Virus record (IMG/VR): IMGVR_UViG_3300048883_000431
Span: 48,230-112,229 of that record
From: a virus
DNA: 64,000 nt
Direction: 5' to 3' (one strand)
This document shows, in pieces, positions 38,014 to 48,864 of the stretch; the first letter of the stretch is position 1; the number at the start of each line of letters is the position of its first letter. The notes beneath the pieces were generated by a model. It had not been told where the DNA came from, ran no database searches, and saw only the letters and a list, made by a program, of their open reading frames with translations. Made by a program: the position numbers and the translations under genes.

Positions 38014-38832
38014 TCAGCCGGTGCGCCACAGGAACGAAAGGCCGAGCGTCGGGCCAGGCTGGTCAATGGACGCCCACATCCGCATGAGTTTGTCCGAGTC
38101 GCGCGACGTGGAGAATCCGCCCTCCTTGACCCCGAAGTCTGCAAGCTCCTTCGTGGAAAGCAGTAGGTGCCGCGCCTGGACCATGATCTTGAACCCACGC
38201 CGGACCTCGGCCACAGGGATGACGACGTTCTTGGCGTTGTATTGGAGCTCCAGGGCGTACGTGGATGCTACCCCCCTGATGATGATTGAGGCCGACGCGC
38301 GGCGTGTGACACCGAGCTCCCGCAGGGCTGGGGCGAACAGCGCGTAGTCCATCGTGACATCCTGCTGCGCCCCGACTATGTCCTCCTTCGTGATGCTGCG
38401 GTAGAGGTCGTAGGGCTTTGCCTTCGACACGGTAGCAGGAACATCCATCTCGAACCCGCCCGTCGACAGGACGTATCCGGGCTTCTCGGGGTTCGTGCGG
38501 AATTCTACCCCAACGCCCTTGGTGTTTTCGAGAATCGGTGATACCATCGCAACCACGTGATGGTCAAGGATGAGCGGCCCGTGCTCGTCGAAGTACTTGG
38601 TCTCGGAGGTAGCCTGGTGAACCAACGCGATATTCATACGCTGGAGATCGGTCGACCAGACCGACGCGTAGAGGTCGGGTTCGTGCGTGGGCTGCAGGTA
38701 GAGCTGCTTCGCCATGATCCCCCTGTGTTCGTTGGTCCCTCCCGTTGCGGGGCAGACCGCGTAGCGCATCGCACGCCCGAGCAATTCGGGGGATTGGGAA
38801 CTGAGGATCAAGTCACCTTGCGAACTAGCCAT
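38014..38832 (-). CDS. two-domain beta-clamp-like protein
   Basis: WSTDLQRM (cf. ATDGHRL), PYDLYRSI (cf. FPDYRRVI), IMVQARHLL; start chosen downstream of the promoter. Confidence 0.45.
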   Translation of the reverse strand: MASSQGDLILSSQSPELLGRAMRYAVCPATGGTNEHRGIMAKQLYLQPTHEPDLYASVWSTDLQRMNIALVHQATSETKYFDEHGPLILDHHVVAMVSPILENTKGVGVEFRTNPEKPGYVLSTGGFEMDVPATVSKAKPYDLYRSITKEDIVGAQQDVTMDYALFAPALRELGVTRRASASIIIRGVASTYALELQYNAKNVVIPVAEVRRGFKIMVQARHLLLSTKELADFGVKEGGFSTSRDSDKLMRMWASIDQPGPTLGLSFLWRTG

Positions 38833-38871
38833 CGGACGCCTTCCCATTGGGTGGTACGCGGGTATGGGGAT

Positions 38872-38900
38872 ATGATACCCAAGGGCGTGGGGCGTGTCAA
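38872..38900 (-). promoter_or_regulatory. sigma70 promoter
   Basis: AAC-TTGACA-N17-TATCAT-AT. Confidence 0.8.
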
Positions 38901-38916
38901 GTTGGATTCCGGGCAT

Positions 38917-38945
38917 AAAAAGAGCCGCCCGGAGGACCGGACGGC
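38917..38945 (-). terminator. intrinsic terminator directly upstream of the promoter
   Basis: GCCGUCCGG-UCCU-CCGGGCGGC then UCUUUUU. Confidence 0.65.
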
Positions 38946-39070
38946 GAGCGGGAATGTTGGAGGCGTGATCCACAGCCGCAAAAGGGCTGCTGTAACATGA
39001 GTAGTATAGACCCCTTCTCGACGACACAGAGTTTTCGAGCCCTTAATTCCGCAAGGAACGATCTCTGATA

Positions 39071-40063
39071 GTGCGACTCTTCGGAATCCTTAGCGAGCGC
39101 GCGAACGCTACCGGGCAAGCCCAGGAGCATCTGTTCTGGAGTTTGTGGCGGTCGTCCGATCTCGGCGAAATAGCTACGTTCGAGGAGCTCTACCCGCTGT
39201 ACACGACCGTGTTCAAGCAGCCGACCGGGGAGCCGCAGTCCAAGCGTGCGCTTCGCAGGTTGCTTGCCGGGAACGCCCTTCATTGGCGCGTGGTACAATC
39301 GCGTCGGCGTGGGGCGTGTTTCGCCCTTATCGGCGCGGCGGACGTTGCCTACGGGCTTTGTGTCCCGCTTAAATTGACCGGCGCGCGGTATGTCCGCGAC
39401 GGTATCGACATCGACGTGCCTGACGCTGCCGGGTCCCTGGCGCATCGAAACTCCATCGCGGTGCTGCCGTCGCTGGTGCGGGGAACAGACGATCCTCGAA
39501 GCCAACAGCTTATCGGGACGCAGAACGGGATGTCCCGTCGGTCCCTGGCGACGCACGCCAAGAAGCTCGCGGAGCTTGGGCATCTCGTCGTCACGCGCAA
39601 CGAGATCGTGGTTGCCGTCCACGACGACCACCTAGAGGCTACGAAAATACGAGAGGGGCTTGTATCCTGTCATCCGGGCAGGGTATTCTTCTTACGCAGC
39701 CACGGCGAGCAATACGCCGTGTGCACCGCATCGTGCAACGAATACGAGATCGGCAACTCCGTCTCGATTGCACGAACAAGGTCAGTTAAGCGAGTCCGGG
39801 CTAGGTTGCGGTCAACCGAGCGAATGCTTGGCCAAACGCGCTGTGAAATCCAGGGGGAACACGCGCCTAGTCGGACTCGCCGAGCTGCCTTCCTACGAAA
39901 CGACAAGTCTAAAGCACGCCGCACCCGCAGGCGTCGTCACGAACCACAGAAGCCACATCCGTCAGCCGTCATCATCGACGAAGGCTCCAGACGGTTCACG
40001 CATGTCGTGGGCTGTGTGCGGGAACACGCGGCTTGGTACGACGGGATGGTTGCCAATGGGTAG
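39071..40063 (+). CDS. basic winged-HTH protein, possible replication initiator or regulator
   Basis: SQQLIGTQNGMSRRSLATHAKKLAELGHL HTH; AAGGA RBS; the only clear plus-strand gene in the right arm. Confidence 0.55.
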   Translation: MRLFGILSERANATGQAQEHLFWSLWRSSDLGEIATFEELYPLYTTVFKQPTGEPQSKRALRRLLAGNALHWRVVQSRRRGACFALIGAADVAYGLCVPLKLTGARYVRDGIDIDVPDAAGSLAHRNSIAVLPSLVRGTDDPRSQQLIGTQNGMSRRSLATHAKKLAELGHLVVTRNEIVVAVHDDHLEATKIREGLVSCHPGRVFFLRSHGEQYAVCTASCNEYEIGNSVSIARTRSVKRVRARLRSTERMLGQTRCEIQGEHAPSRTRRAAFLRNDKSKARRTRRRRHEPQKPHPSAVIIDEGSRRFTHVVGCVREHAAWYDGMVANG

Positions 40064-40105
40064 TGCTAAGAATTGCACACTCAAGGTACAACCCCTCCGG
40101 GGATT

Positions 40106-40312
40106 TCATTGCCAGGCTAGGTTGAACAGCATGATCCCGAGTCCTATCACGATTACGACTGCTGCTAGAAACGCGCGGTACTGCCATTGCGACTCGAAGT
40201 GGATGCGACCGACCCAAGCACCCCATAGCGTGAACCCCCCGGTACAGAATAAGGCGGCACCCAGGACTCCAGGCACCGCCTGCTTCAGCACGGCCACGAG
40301 AGCATCCATCAT
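40106..40312 (-). CDS. small two-TM membrane protein
   Basis: Two hydrophobic stretches. Confidence 0.45.
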   Translation of the reverse strand: MMDALVAVLKQAVPGVLGAALFCTGGFTLWGAWVGRIHFESQWQYRAFLAAVVIVIGLGIMLFNLAWQ

Positions 40313-40344
40313 CGCCGCCCCCCACATCGAACTCGACGTTTGCC

Positions 40345-40752
40345 CTACACGCTTTGTGTACGCCAAGCTCCGCGAGCTTCTCCTGCGTCCCGTTCCTGGG
40401 CACGCCGTGTGCGAACCCCGTCCGCGACATAGTCGCCGAAGGGAACGTCCTCGCACTCCCCACGGCCCGACACTGTGACGGTCTTCTTGGCGCAGTCCAA
40501 GACGATAAGCGGGTCTTCCTCCCCCGTTGGACTCGCCATGATTCCGAAGCCTGTCGTTCCGCCACGGTCGTCCTGGCCGTCGATCATGTCCTCGAAGACG
40601 ATCCTCCCGAGGTAGGCCCCGTCATCCCATCGTGCGCGGCCCCGATCCAGCGCGCCCTTGACGACCTCCGCTAGTTCGGTGCCGCCCCAGTGTGTGTAGA
40701 GATACACGGTCTCGCCAAAGTTCTTAACGCCAACGCTCGCGCGATCACCCAT
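40345..40752 (-). CDS. phage hypothetical protein
   Basis: MGDRA...VYLYTHWGG...RWDD.AYL.RI pattern recalled from phage proteins. Confidence 0.6.
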   Translation of the reverse strand: MGDRASVGVKNFGETVYLYTHWGGTELAEVVKGALDRGRARWDDGAYLGRIVFEDMIDGQDDRGGTTGFGIMASPTGEEDPLIVLDCAKKTVTVSGRGECEDVPFGDYVADGVRTRRAQERDAGEARGAWRTQSV

Positions 40753-42127
40753 TTGCCGCGTTTCCAATGTGAGGTGTAGCTCGATCATGCGCGCTCTTTT
40801 CAATGTAGAAGACGCCCTCGTCCTCGTCCTCTTGGATGTCGTATCGGTTGCCCTGGAACCCGTTCCCCCGCAAGAACTTCACGAGAGCCTTCCCGCCTAC
40901 GGTGTTCGACGTACTCATGCACCTCACGTCGTCGCCCAGGTCGTCGTCCGCCTCCGAGAAGGCGAACCTCCCTCTATCGGCGTCGTGGAGAAACCGAATA
41001 AACCGCCATCCCCCTCCCATTTTGGTCACGAACGCTACGTTGAACCGGACGACGCACACGCTGTGCTTGGCGTACTCACTGATGGTCATTCGGGGCTTAC
41101 CCCTGCCGCCTCCGCCCCTCCGGTCGAGGCTTCCAATCTTCTGATATGGCATTCCGTATCTCCCTAGCCGACCGTAAGAAGTGCACTCTATCGACGGGCT
41201 CCGTGGTGTCTGTGTAGGGTAGGTGAGCCCATCCCCGGAAGCTGTCCATGTTCGCCAGTCCCTCCGCACCGAACTCCCGCGCGGCCTCCGCCCCGGCGAG
41301 CCACACCTGGTAAAGCTGCTTGGCGATACCCTCGTCCGTCATCGTCCCGGCGCGGGACTTGAACATCTCGATGTCCTGCCGAATGCAGGTCGCGTCGAGT
41401 CGCTTGGCCATCGCGAGGAGCTGCGCGAGGGTAGTGCCAGGCCCCAGGTACCACGCCTTGTATTGCGGAGAGAACCTAGCGCCCGCGAACGTGCGTTTGA
41501 TTCCGTTCACGAGGAGCTCGAACTTACCGTGATCCGTGCTGAACCAAACCGCAATCCAGCCCTTGTGCTCGTGCTGGACGTAATTCACCTCGTATGGGTC
41601 TGTGGATGGCTGACTCATACCCTATCCGCGTCCGACCACCTATCTGTTGCGACGAGCGTCATATCCCACCGAAGGTGGTAGAGGACCTTCCCGTCGGAGT
41701 CGTTCCCGAACATGGTGATGCAGGCGGTGCCCGGTGTCTCCCGGTTAATCGTAATAGCAACTGTCTCGTGATCTGCCATGTTCGCTGCGCCTTTGACGTT
41801 GTTAGGCATCGCCTCGTAGGCCTCCAAGGCCACCATCGAGGTGTCCACCGCGAGGTTCGATAGCCGCTTCCCGAACCCGCTGTCCGAGTTCGGGTGGGAT
41901 ACCTCTTCGGGTATTGTGTCGGGGTCAATCTTAGCCATCTAGTCAGCCCCTTCTGGACCCTCCTCGCCGTCGGCCCCCACGATCTCGTCCACGGCCTTCT
42001 CGATGGCCGTGGCTAACTGGATGGCCTCCGGGATGTTGGCCGCTCCGCCCGCGTTGTTCATCTGCACTAGCTGCACGAAGATTGTCGTTGCTGACGCCAC
42101 CAGGTCACTCTTGCGCTGGCTCCCCAC
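40745..42127 (-). other. four coupled small hypothetical ORFs (40745-41152, 41097-41618, 41615-41938, 41939-42127)
   Basis: Overlapping start/stop codons; 41097-41618 has a HARP-like GARFSPQYKAW segment. Confidence 0.5.
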
Positions 42128-42392
42128 TGTCCTGCTCCTTACTTGAGTTCATCGCTTTGGTGACTCCGTTGTGGAGTCTAACCGCCATCGACACCGCTCT
42201 GTCAGACACACGCTGGTCGAACGCCCTGCCGGTCTCGCCCCGCGTCGGCCGTCCGACTCCGTTCGCATCCAGAATACCTGCTTCGATCCTTTCGGACCAC
42301 TCGACCAGGGTGGCTGCCGACGTCACGAGCGTCGGTCCCGTCAAGTCGAGGCTGCTCCATTCACCAGTTCCGGCCCCCATGCCTTCGCCCTT

Positions 42393-42443
42393 CCGTATTG
42401 CCCGTATTGCCGCCCGTATGCCGCCGTATTGCCGCCGTGTGCC
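42393..42443. repeat. short tandem CCGTAT(T)GC repeats
   Basis: Units at 42393, 42402, 42414, 42424 and a variant at 42434. Confidence 0.65.
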
Positions 42444-42520
42444 GTCCCAATTCCCGTTCCGGGGTACACCCGACGGCGGCCCCCGTCGTCGGCGTCCTCC
42501 GCGCGCCCCAACTCATGCGT

Positions 42521-43459
42521 TCACGTGACAAGAGCTTCCCCCTTCTCCGTAAGAACCCGCCCGCGTGGGCTGATGGCCATGAACCCCTCCTGGAGAAGGA
42601 ACGACTCATGAACGTCGCGCAGCGTCTCGGTGTCCAAGGCTACGTATGCCTTAATAGTCGAAAAAGCAGCCCGACCGTTGTTTCCATAGATACATTGTAG
42701 AATCCTACGGTCGATACTGTCAAGCCCAGTTGAGTCGATACCGAGGTCTTCCAGGCACGAAAGTGCAGTTGCCTCGTCCAGATGCCCGTCGTTGAGTACA
42801 ACTGCGAAGTCGTACATCCTACGCGTGAGTCTCTTGGCTATACGCGGTGTCCCGCGCGAGCAACGCCCCACCAGCAGCGGCACTTCCTCGTCGCACGTCC
42901 CGCCCAGCAGGCCCACGTCCCTCGCGGCGATGGTCGCTAGGTCCTCGGGCGAGTAAAACTGCAGCGTGAGGTTGATCCCGAACCTGTCGCGCATGGGGGC
43001 CGCGACCTGCCCCGCGTTCGTCGTCGCGCCTATCACCGTCACCTTGGGGAGCGTGATCCTCATGGGACGGAACCCTGGAATGGACATCGACACCACGCTG
43101 TCCTCCATCACAGGGTAGAGCTGTTCCTGCACTGCGTGGTGGACGCTGTGGATTTCGTCGATGAACACCACATCGCCCCTTCCTACGCCGTCGAGGAATC
43201 CCGCAAGGTCTGAATTCCCGAGCGCCTTACCGATTGTCTCGCGCACTGTTCCGCCGGTCTCGTTGGCTATAACGTATGCGAGCGTCGTCTTGCCCAGTCC
43301 CTTCGGACCCGACAGTAGGACGTGGTCGAGTACCTGTCCGCGCGCGTCGGCGCTAGCCATGTACACAGCTAGGTGCTTCTTGATCGTTGTCTGCCCGACG
43401 ACATCCGCCAGCATCTGTGGCCGGAATGCTGTTGTGTCGACGGGCTGCACGACTGCCAT
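42521..43459 (-). CDS. ruvB: Holliday junction branch-migration ATPase RuvB
   Basis: FRP..L...VGQ, GPKGLGKTT, FIDEIH, GATT, RDRFG, RGTPRIA, SPRGR. Confidence 0.95.
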   Translation of the reverse strand: MAVVQPVDTTAFRPQMLADVVGQTTIKKHLAVYMASADARGQVLDHVLLSGPKGLGKTTLAYVIANETGGTVRETIGKALGNSDLAGFLDGVGRGDVVFIDEIHSVHHAVQEQLYPVMEDSVVSMSIPGFRPMRITLPKVTVIGATTNAGQVAAPMRDRFGINLTLQFYSPEDLATIAARDVGLLGGTCDEEVPLLVGRCSRGTPRIAKRLTRRMYDFAVVLNDGHLDEATALSCLEDLGIDSTGLDSIDRRILQCIYGNNGRAAFSTIKAYVALDTETLRDVHESFLLQEGFMAISPRGRVLTEKGEALVT

Positions 43460-43572
43460 ACGTAGCTCCTAGATGTGGACGTCGTAGACAGACAGGAGGG
43501 TGTCGCCGGGGAGGGACATGACCAGTTGAATTTCAGGGTCCTCCCCGATCACGAGCACTGTTGAGTGCGACA

Positions 43573-46500
43573 TCAGGCAGTCTTTCCTCGTGGTGTGGGG
43601 ATGCTCAGGTAGAGCCCTCCGAGAAACGGCGCGCTAGCTAGAGCGTCGAGCGACGCCTGGCTTCCCTCGTCGCCGCCGACCGCTTCCGAGTAACGCTTGA
43701 ACGCCGACGACACGAGCGCAATGTGGGTCACAACATCGCGCAGCCCACGTTCCTTACAGGTGTCATCCTCCCCGTCCTCGGTCACGTAGCGCCCGACGAT
43801 TTCGAGGAACTTCTCGTCCCGGTCGTGGAGTATATCCGCCTTATGCTTGACGGGCATCCCCTCCAGATCGTAGTTCCTCTCGGCTGCCTTCGCAATCTCC
43901 TGATCCCGGATGAACTCGATGTAGACTTCGAGCGTCGCGAACATCTCCTCGAACCCGTGCTCGGCCTCCATCGCTACGTATTCGTCGGTCTTGAACACGT
44001 CGGGCGTGTGCGCGTCGTTAGAACTCATCCTCGGACCCTTCTTCCAGCAGTTTCCCCGCGAGGCGGTGCGGGAGCTCCGTCAGTCCCTCGTCCACGTCCA
44101 CGTCGTAATCCGTCCCGTAGACTTCGAGCGACGCCATCACACCAGCGATCACGTCGAACACGTCGTCCGACTCGACGAACAACCGGCTGCGCGTCTTTGC
44201 CCGAGCCTCCGGTGCCATCCGGTTGAAGTACACGCAGACCGCGCCGTGTGCGGTGAACCTCTCGACGTTCGAGCCCCCACGCTCCGTGGGGACTTTGACG
44301 ACAACCATCATGCTGCCATCTCCAGCTTCACGAGGTCGCCGGTGTCCGGGTCGATCAGCGACTGTACCAGGCGGCGCTGCCACCGGGGCGACAGCTCGCT
44401 GTACGCGCTTCGCGTGCATCTCGACACCACCCAGGCGACGGGGGCATAGCCGAACACCAGAGTGCTCGCGCGGTCATCATTTCGTTCGAGGGTGGTCATG
44501 CAGTAGTAGCTCGGACGCCCGCCGTGGTTCACTACCTCGGTTTCGTTCACCAGGTAGAACGTGCGGCTGCCCTTCTCCTTGTAGAGAAGGACGCCTTCGA
44601 CTCGACGCGCCGTGTCCCTGTAGATCACGTTCATCATCTTCCGTTCTCCTAGAATGGGGGCTCTGCGGGGCGATCCTGAACCTCACGGAGGTGTGCAATG
44701 TCGTCCATCTGCACGTAGGGGACTTCCCGCAGCGCTGCGACCGAGTCCTCCGCGATGCTCGTGAGGGCCGCTTGGACCTGCCCGAGATCGAGCTCCCTCA
44801 GCTCCACCGCCTCTCGCTCCAGACGATGCGCCTCGTCCTTGTACTTCCCGCAGCCCTTATCCAGCGGACACCACATCTCGGCCACTGGGACTGGCCCACG
44901 GCCCGACCTGTCTTGCCGCGCGTAGACCTGCTCCAGCCCAACCCGCTCAAGGTCCACGTCGTGATCTCCCGCCCAGGTGTGGAGATTGTCCTCGGACACA
45001 TCCGGCAGGGTGTACACCGTGTACTGCCCGCCGTAGAAGGCGGTGTCCTGAAACCGGAGACGGAACTGGTATTCCGTGTTACTACCGCAGAAGTCCTCCA
45101 CCCCCTCACGCTGGCGCGGTGCCCATACGGCACTGCCGTAGACCACCTCGCCTCTGGGGTCTAACGTCTGGTGATTGTGCGCCACCTTCAGTATCATACC
45201 TTGTCCTCTTCTTCTGGGTCGTCGACGGTCTCGCCGCCAGCCGACGCGATCTCTCTGTCGGCGAAGAACTGCTGGACTTCCTCGTCCATCTCCTCCGACT
45301 CGTTGGTGATGGCCGCCATATCTATGGCGTCATCCACGAAAGTCTCCGACACCAGCATCGACCCGCACGTCCCCGCCAGTATCTCCTCGATGGGTCGGCG
45401 CAGCACCTGCGTGAACATGGTCACGCCGCGCTTGAGCCCGTACAGGTGGACGCACTTCTGGACCACGCCCTGGATGACGCCCATCGTGTAGCCGATGCCC
45501 ACCACAGCGTCGCCCACCCCCATCCCGAACTGCACCTCGCGCTTGAGGGACTCGACCATGCCCTCGACGGTGTTGTAGTCCGAGATCTCCCGCGCGCGTT
45601 CCATACCCACGCAGCGCGACACGAAGTCCCTGATCTCGTCAGGTATCTCGTCAACGTCGATCTCCGCGTCGTCCATGTCCTCGGCGTCCGGTATCTCGTT
45701 CATCCCTGGTGCTCCCTAATATTGTAGAGATACATCGTCTAGAACTGCGACGATGAAGTCCACGCGGTGACGGAGTTCCATCCTCGCCGCCTGGATGGAG
45801 TACAGGTCGACGGCCGACACCGCGACCTTAGCCGCTTGGACCTCCATCCACCCTACCCATCCCCGGCCGCACAGGGCGTCGATGCCCCACTCTACCGTGA
45901 TGACTGCCTGGCGCTCGTCCACCGCTGCGGACCATCTCGTGCTAACCGTAAGGTGTCCTCCCCGCATCCGGGAGCCGTGTGGGTCATCCGTCTCCTCCCG
46001 TCGAGTCACGAAGGAGAACACCGACGCCCAGTTCGACCACGCCTCCTCCATCTCCACGGGACCGTTCCCGAGATACTGGTCCCCGAAGTACCCCGCGACG
46101 GCGAGGCCCAGGTCGAACCTGAGCTTCGTCATCTCATCCATGTCCTCGATGCGGGGAATCTCGTCCCGTGCCAGTACGTCGCGTAGAATACCGTCCGTGT
46201 TCTCGTCCGTCGATTGACGCTCCAAGTTCACAGGATCATCCCCCTGAATCGAATCTCCAACACGGCGTCCACGGGGATGCTGCGGTAGTTGCGCGCTACC
46301 GTATCCCACACGCACACGAGGCCGTTGTCGAGATTCTGTTGGCGACGCTTCTCCGCCCTCACGGCGTCGAGTTTTGGGTTCTTGGGTCTAACCCCAAGGC
46401 GGCAGACCATGCGACGTTCCGTGCCGTCAGTCCGCTTCGTGAACGTCACTCCGAAGAATGTCCCCCGCGTCGTCTCCCAAAGCGCGTCCTCGAACTGTTC

Positions 46501-47702
46501 CGTCTGGTCCCTCAACGACAACGAAGCCATGGAGAATTCCCTTCCAGTAGCGTTTCTTGTTGTCCAGCAGCCACGACGTGAGGTTGTGCATCGACATCAT
46601 GTTGCTGGTCCGCGTCACCCGGTCCCAGTCCAACATGTTGCAGCCACCGTGCATCCTGATGACCTCGATGTCATTGTAGATGGCCTGCGTTACCTTAGTC
46701 TTCTGTGGCATTACGGTCCTCCAGGTCCAGGGACTGCAGCATCTTCACGTCGCCGTCAGCGAAGTCCAGGCTGTGCTCGACGGACATGAACAGCTCGTCT
46801 ATCCGCTGCGTGGCACCCGCCCAGTAGATCTCGGCCTCCGTCAGCCGTGACCGCGCCCGACCGAGCAACGACAGCGCCTCGGTGAGGGACTCGGTCACAC
46901 GGTCCTGACGTGCTTCCTCACGCGTCGCTCCCATTCGTCTCCTCCTCGAAGTGGTCCGATCTCGACGCGTCGCCTATGATGGTGATGTTGGGCTCGATCT
47001 CCCCGTTGGGCTTCCGTTCCAGGCAGATGGCGACCAGCTTGATGCCCTTCGACTCGATGAGGTCGAGCCACTTCACGAAGTCGAACGCTCGGTACGCCAT
47101 GTGCGCGTGCTTGGCAGTGCCCGGGTCCGTTGCGAACAGGTCCGTTCGGAGGAACGTGACGCCCTTCTCTTCCGCGAACCCAACGTCGGCCCCCGCTTTG
47201 TCTGGCCCCCCTACCACGGGGGGTTGTACGCGTTCGCTCATGCCCTTGTCCTATCGTCGACTTGCCGTTGGAGCGCTGCCGCCAGCGCCCCCAGCTTGGT
47301 GTTCACACGCTCCTCGGTAGGTGGCCCTTCGACCTCCTCGTCGGCCCGTGCCGTGCCGTCCGCCAGTATACTCTCCGCCAGATACTCCACGACCGTCCAC
47401 ACGACGCAGTTCTTGAACTGATCGTTGGAACGCACGTTCTCGGCCCAACGGTTGGAGAGCAGTTCCAGCTCGGTGATGCCCACCCTGTCCGCCACGACCC
47501 CCAGGCATTCCCACATCTCCGTTGGCCACGCGTCGTAGACCAGGCACGTCTCGGTGTAGTAGGTCAGACCGGGGATGCCCTGCGTCGCGCTGTGCTTCAC
47601 GATGTCGGACAGCTCGCCCGCCGTGTAGCGTAGCCGCATCCATTCGTAGAACGATTCAACTGCCATAGGTTCCTCCCCTAACATACCGAGTGTATTACGC
47701 AT
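43573..47702 (-). other. run of about 11 small coupled hypothetical early-type genes
   Basis: ORFs ending at 43573, 44018, 44308, 44649, 45194, 45716, 46228, 46427, 46695, 46918 and 47238 with overlapping start/stop codons and GGAG-type RBSs. Confidence 0.55.
46228..46530 (-). CDS. WYL_2/SH3-like beta-barrel protein
   Basis: VTFTKRTDGTERRM...VWD.....YRSI pattern. Confidence 0.6.
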   Translation of the reverse strand: MASLSLRDQTEQFEDALWETTRGTFFGVTFTKRTDGTERRMVCRLGVRPKNPKLDAVRAEKRRQQNLDNGLVCVWDTVARNYRSIPVDAVLEIRFRGMIL

Positions 47703-47723
47703 TAAGTCTGTTTTCCAGCGCGC

Positions 47724-48815
47724 TTAGAATGGGGTGTAGTTGGGGTCTACGTTGCACTTGAGCGCCATCACCATGTCACTCAGGTTGCCCGTTGTGTGCT
47801 CACACTGACGCTCTATGGCCACGGCCTCCTCGTGGCCCTTCACCCCCATAGCCCGATGCAGCACGGTTGCAAGGGCTGTCATGGCCACCTTGTGCTCTGG
47901 CCGCGCCCGCTCGCCGTCCATGATCGTGGGCTGGTTGGGGTCGGGCTCCTTGACCTCGCACATCACTGGCGGCATCTCTACCCCGGTGACCCCCGTGCAG
48001 ACATCGGCCCACGCCGCGATGAATGTCTCCTTCAGGCAGGGGCTTTCCCAGATATACCCGAGGTCCTCGTGGAGGGAGTCCTCGAAGTAAGCGGACGCGT
48101 TCTCCTCGTGCCAGTGGCGCATGTGCGGGTCTGGCTTGACTAGGGGATGCCGCGCCACCCAGTACTCGGCCCACTGGACGCCCTTGTCGTGGGCCAGGTC
48201 GCCATCCATACTCTCGCACGCCTTGGGGACTCCCCACTCCTCGTGGTTCTGATCCAGACAGTCGGAGCACACGTCGCCCTCGCTGCACCCGCTGTAGGCG
48301 ATGGGCGTGTCGGTCTCTTCCAGGTAGATCAGGTCGTTATCGTCCTCGAAGAACTCCTCGCACGCCATACACGAGTGACCGCACGCGCACTCGTCGCACC
48401 ATATCTGTCCGTACTGGTTGCGGTGGTAGATGCTATCGTCATCGACACCGGCCTCGCAGACCACGCATATCTCGTTGGATTCTATGTCGAGCCGATGGGA
48501 GATGAAGTCACGAGTGCGCTGCGAGTAGTTCTTGAAGTGGTCCACGACGTAGCCCTCGTCGTCGTCGAGGTCCCAGGTCCGGGTGTTGGTCGAGCCCCCA
48601 TGTCGGCAATGTGCGCCGACCACGCACTCCGTAAGGAGCCACGCCACCTGGTAGCTGTTCACTTCCCTGTCCAGCTTGGTCTCGAAGCAGTAGATCTCCT
48701 CGTTGTCGTTGACGGCGAACAGAAGCTCATCCCCGTGGTCCCGGCGGTAGAGTATCAGCGCCGAGTCTGACATTGCCATGCTATTGTCCCAGCCCTTGTC
48801 CAGTTTCGCTACCAT
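47724..48815 (-). CDS. Cys-rich (multiple CxxC) acidic hypothetical protein
   Basis: CVVC, CDEC, CMAC, CSDC motifs. Confidence 0.6.
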   Translation of the reverse strand: MVAKLDKGWDNSMAMSDSALILYRRDHGDELLFAVNDNEEIYCFETKLDREVNSYQVAWLLTECVVGAHCRHGGSTNTRTWDLDDDEGYVVDHFKNYSQRTRDFISHRLDIESNEICVVCEAGVDDDSIYHRNQYGQIWCDECACGHSCMACEEFFEDDNDLIYLEETDTPIAYSGCSEGDVCSDCLDQNHEEWGVPKACESMDGDLAHDKGVQWAEYWVARHPLVKPDPHMRHWHEENASAYFEDSLHEDLGYIWESPCLKETFIAAWADVCTGVTGVEMPPVMCEVKEPDPNQPTIMDGERARPEHKVAMTALATVLHRAMGVKGHEEAVAIERQCEHTTGNLSDMVMALKCNVDPNYTPF

Positions 48816-48864
48816 GTCCGCAAGTGAGACGCCCGAGCATTCGCTTTCCTCTCGCTCCGATGTG

